From an uncultured Actinomycetes bacterium (GTDB taxonomy: Bacteria; Actinomycetota; Thermoleophilia; UBA2241): a stretch of 39,896 nucleotides of DNA. The DNA lies in assembly GCA_963755025.1 (NCBI GenBank), contig CAVWIH010000004.1, forward strand, positions 1-39,896, given 5' to 3'. This document shows positions 37,791 to 39,896 of this stretch, piece after piece; the first letter of the stretch is position 1; the number at the start of each line of letters is the position of its first letter. Below the pieces are notes generated by a model, which searched no databases, had not been told where the DNA came from, and worked only from the letters and a program-made list of their open reading frames with translations. Position numbers and translations under genes: made by a program.

Positions 37791-37914
37791 GGGCTTGTTC
37801 CGCCGCACGGCGAGGCTCGTTCGGTCTGCACGGCGGGGCTGGTCGCATTGCATGACGTGGCCGGTCGGCCTGCGCGGCGCGGCTTGTCGCCGTGCACGAC
37901 CTGGCTCGTCCGCC
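37791..37914 (+). repeat. Degenerate 22-bp periodic array, ~5.5 copies
   Basis: Units at 37791, 37813, 37836, 37858, 37880 and 37902; consensus nGGCTnGTCGnnnTGCACGrCG. Confidence 0.7.
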
Positions 37915-37986
37915 ACCGTTTCCTCGATAGAGGCTCCTGAAGAGACCCGGTAAGGCCGCAGGCGCCCTCGGTTGAGCCTGTCTATA

Positions 37987-38014
37987 ACGCACGATAATCA
38001 GTGTTATGTAAAGC
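37987..38014 (+). other. dif: dif-like XerC/XerD recombination site (probable chromosome dimer-resolution site)
   Basis: 11-6-11 layout ACGCACGATAA-TCAGTG-TTATGTAAAGC. The right arm matches the TTATGTnAA XerD arm and the left arm ends in ATAA. It is an AT-rich island in a gap where gene orientation converges. Confidence 0.85.
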
Positions 38015-38166
38015 TACGGTCAATGGCGCCGCAAACGGTCTCGCGACGGCGACCCGCTCCCCAAAGACTCCCCACGGACGACATGCCACCGGCGCGATGC
38101 GCTCCACGATCTGTCCCGGTCTGTCGGGCGCGCGATCGTCGGGAGTCGTGCGCCTGGCGGCCGCTG

Positions 38167-38221
38167 CCGCGACGAAGGCCCAGGACACGTTTCCGCGACG
38201 ACGGCCCAGAACACGTTGCCG
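38167..38221 (+). repeat. 26-bp direct tandem duplication
   Basis: CCGCGACGAAGGCCCAGGACACGTTT / CCGCGACGACGGCCCAGAACACGTTG. Confidence 0.8.
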
Positions 38222-38530
38222 TCGTTGCCGTGAGTTACGCCGGCGGCAGCACGAGGCCTTCACGAATCCGCGAGTTCGGAGCGCGGTCACGCCCCGCCGG
38301 CTGTCGGCGGCGTTTGGACGCTTCGGCTGCAGCAACGGCCCGCTTTGCACGTGCGGCGAGCTCTGGCCGTCGGCGGCCTGCTCGGCTGCCGACCTCGAAC
38401 GGCTCTTCGCGCGCCAGATTCCCAGAGAAAGTGCCGTGTATGCAGGGAAAGATAGAGAGTACCGACAGATGTGCGTAGAGCGTGAGTGCGGATGCCGTCA
38501 CGGCCCTCGAGAACCGGGCGGACGGTGTTG

Positions 38531-38670
38531 CCCCTGCGCCTCAGTCGTCTGCGTCAGGGGGTCTGGCCCACCGCCTGCGCCCCGGCCTTCGCGCCGTCTG
38601 CGGGAGGGTCTCCCCCGCCGCCTACGCCCCAGGCCTGTCGCGCCGCCTGCGCGAGGGTCTCCCCCGCCGC
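38531..38670 (+). repeat. Degenerate tandem repeat (~40/47/49 bp units) downstream of apt
   Basis: CCGCCT.CGCCCC.GGCCT.TCGCGCCG.CTGCG.GAGGGTCTCCCCCG at 38571 and 38618, with a more diverged copy at 38531. Confidence 0.8.
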
Positions 38671-38675
38671 TCGGG

Positions 38676-39206
38676 CTAGTAAGTGATGAGGCTGTAGACC
38701 TCGATGCCGGGCAGCAGGTCGCGGCCCTTCAGGTCGGCGAGCTCGACGAGGAAGGCGGCGCCCACGACGTTGCCGCCCATCTTCTGCACGAGGCGCACCT
38801 TGGCCGCAGCCGTGCCGCCCGTCGCGAGCAGGTCGTCGTGCACGAGCACGTTCATGCCCGGCTCGATGGCGTCTTCGTGGACCTCGAGCGCGTCGCTGCC
38901 GTATTCGAGCTCGTACGACTCGGAGATGGTCGTGAAGGGCAGCTTGCCCGGCTTGCGCGCGCAGACAAAGCCGGCGTTCAGCGCGTAGGCGACGGCCGAG
39001 CCCAGGATGAAGCCGCGCGACTCGGCGCCCAGCACGACGTCGACGTGGCGCCCGACCGCCCACTCGGCCATGCGGTCGACGGCGGCGCGCAGGCTCTGAG
39101 GGTCTTGCAGCAGCGGCATGATGTCGCGAAAGAGGATGCCGGCCTTGGGAAAGTCGGGGATCGCTCTGATCTTGGCGGCGAGGTCGATCTCCCTGGCGTC
39201 CGGCAC
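38676..39206 (-). CDS. apt: Adenine phosphoribosyltransferase
   Basis: IPDFPKAGILFRDI, GAESRGF, RKPGKLP, YELEYG, VHDDLLATGGT; CAGGAGG RBS. Confidence 0.97.
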   Translation of the reverse strand: MPDAREIDLAAKIRAIPDFPKAGILFRDIMPLLQDPQSLRAAVDRMAEWAVGRHVDVVLGAESRGFILGSAVAYALNAGFVCARKPGKLPFTTISESYELEYGSDALEVHEDAIEPGMNVLVHDDLLATGGTAAAKVRLVQKMGGNVVGAAFLVELADLKGRDLLPGIEVYSLITY

Positions 39207-39241
39207 GGTGTCCTCCTGAAGGTTTGAGACGGATGTGACGG

Positions 39242-39896
39242 TCAGACCGTCAGGCGTCGGATGTAGCGCGTGAGCAGGAGCTGGTGCAGTTGCGACATGG
39301 CTTGCACGAGCTCCTCGAGGGCGTCGAGCGCCTCTTGGCGTTGCTCCCGGTGCGAACGGAGCGAGGGCAGCATGACCTGCTCGATGAGGCCGCCTTCGCG
39401 GTCGACCGCGCTCTTCATGGCGCGCAGGTTCTTGGGGCGCAGTCCGGCGCGAGCCAGGCGTGCGGCGGTCGCCACCACGCTGGCCTCGAGCTCGGTGTAA
39501 CGACGCACGCCGCTGACCTGGCGGCCCTTGATGAGCTCGAACTCCTCGAGCTCGGCGAGCAGCGCGGCGTCGGTCGAGGCGAGCTGCTGCAGCTCTTCGG
39601 CGGTGAACTCTTTCTCGCCGGCCGGGTTGGGCACGAAATCGGCCTTGCGCAGGCCGCCGCGGGCCGGCCCGGCTACGCCGGCCGGCGCCCGCTCGATCTC
39701 TTTGCGGATGACCTTGAGCGGCAGGTATTCGTCGCGCTGCAGCGCCAGCACGCGGATGAGGCGCTGGTAGTCGTCGCGCGAGAACAGCCGGTAGCCGCCC
39801 TTGGTGCGGCGCGGCGTGACCAGGCCCTGCTCCTCGAGGTAGCGCAGCTTGCTCACGCTGATGTCGGGGAACTCGCCCTTGAGGCGGTCGACGACC
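39242..39896 (-). CDS. MerR family transcriptional regulator (5' end outside the window)
   Basis: EFPDISVSKLRYLEEQGLVTPRRTKGGYRLFS...LPLKVIR, the actinobacterial two-domain MerR type. Confidence 0.88.
   Translation of the reverse strand, partial: VVDRLKGEFPDISVSKLRYLEEQGLVTPRRTKGGYRLFSRDDYQRLIRVLALQRDEYLPLKVIRKEIERAPAGVAGPARGGLRKADFVPNPAGEKEFTAEELQQLASTDAALLAELEEFELIKGRQVSGVRRYTELEASVVATAARLARAGLRPKNLRAMKSAVDREGGLIEQVMLPSLRSHREQRQEALDALEELVQAMSQLHQLLLTRYIRRLTV

Noticed and set aside
37782-38675. Protein-coding genes, prophage or IMEX remnant in the dif gap (ORFs 37972-38478, 37982-38350, 38001-39227)
   Set aside because: No recognisable motifs, RBS or typical codon bias; no integrase/rep gene and no second dif copy.

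Overview
High-GC chromosomal core region. Gene content and order suggest a deep-branching actinobacterium, possibly Thermoleophilia-like; this is inference only. Left to right: htpX-lemA (minus), an L,D-transpeptidase, a small 4xCxxC protein (minus), then a ~35 kb plus-strand run: rimP-nusA-ylxR-infB-DUF503-rbfA-DHH(nrnA)-truB-ribF-rpsO-pnp-M16 peptidase-dapB-dapA-rnj-ftsK-rodZ-like-yajQ-rimO-pgsA-cinA-thpR-recA-recX-[structured RNA]-rny-miaB-LigB/Memo-like-AMMECR1-miaA-dapF-dapL-hflX-dut-NUDIX. This run converges head-on with apt and a MerR regulator (minus). A good XerC/XerD dif-like site (37987-38014) lies in the convergence gap, surrounded by four unrelated short tandem-repeat arrays. The most interesting non-routine elements are a ~260-nt extensively paired RNA with its own promoter and terminator between recX and rny, the dif site with an adjacent 22-bp periodic array, and the AMMECR1 + LigB/Memo-like pair placed between miaB and miaA. 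About 13 single-base frameshifts in housekeeping genes look like sequencing/consensus errors. I saw no mobile element, CRISPR array, rRNA or tRNA.
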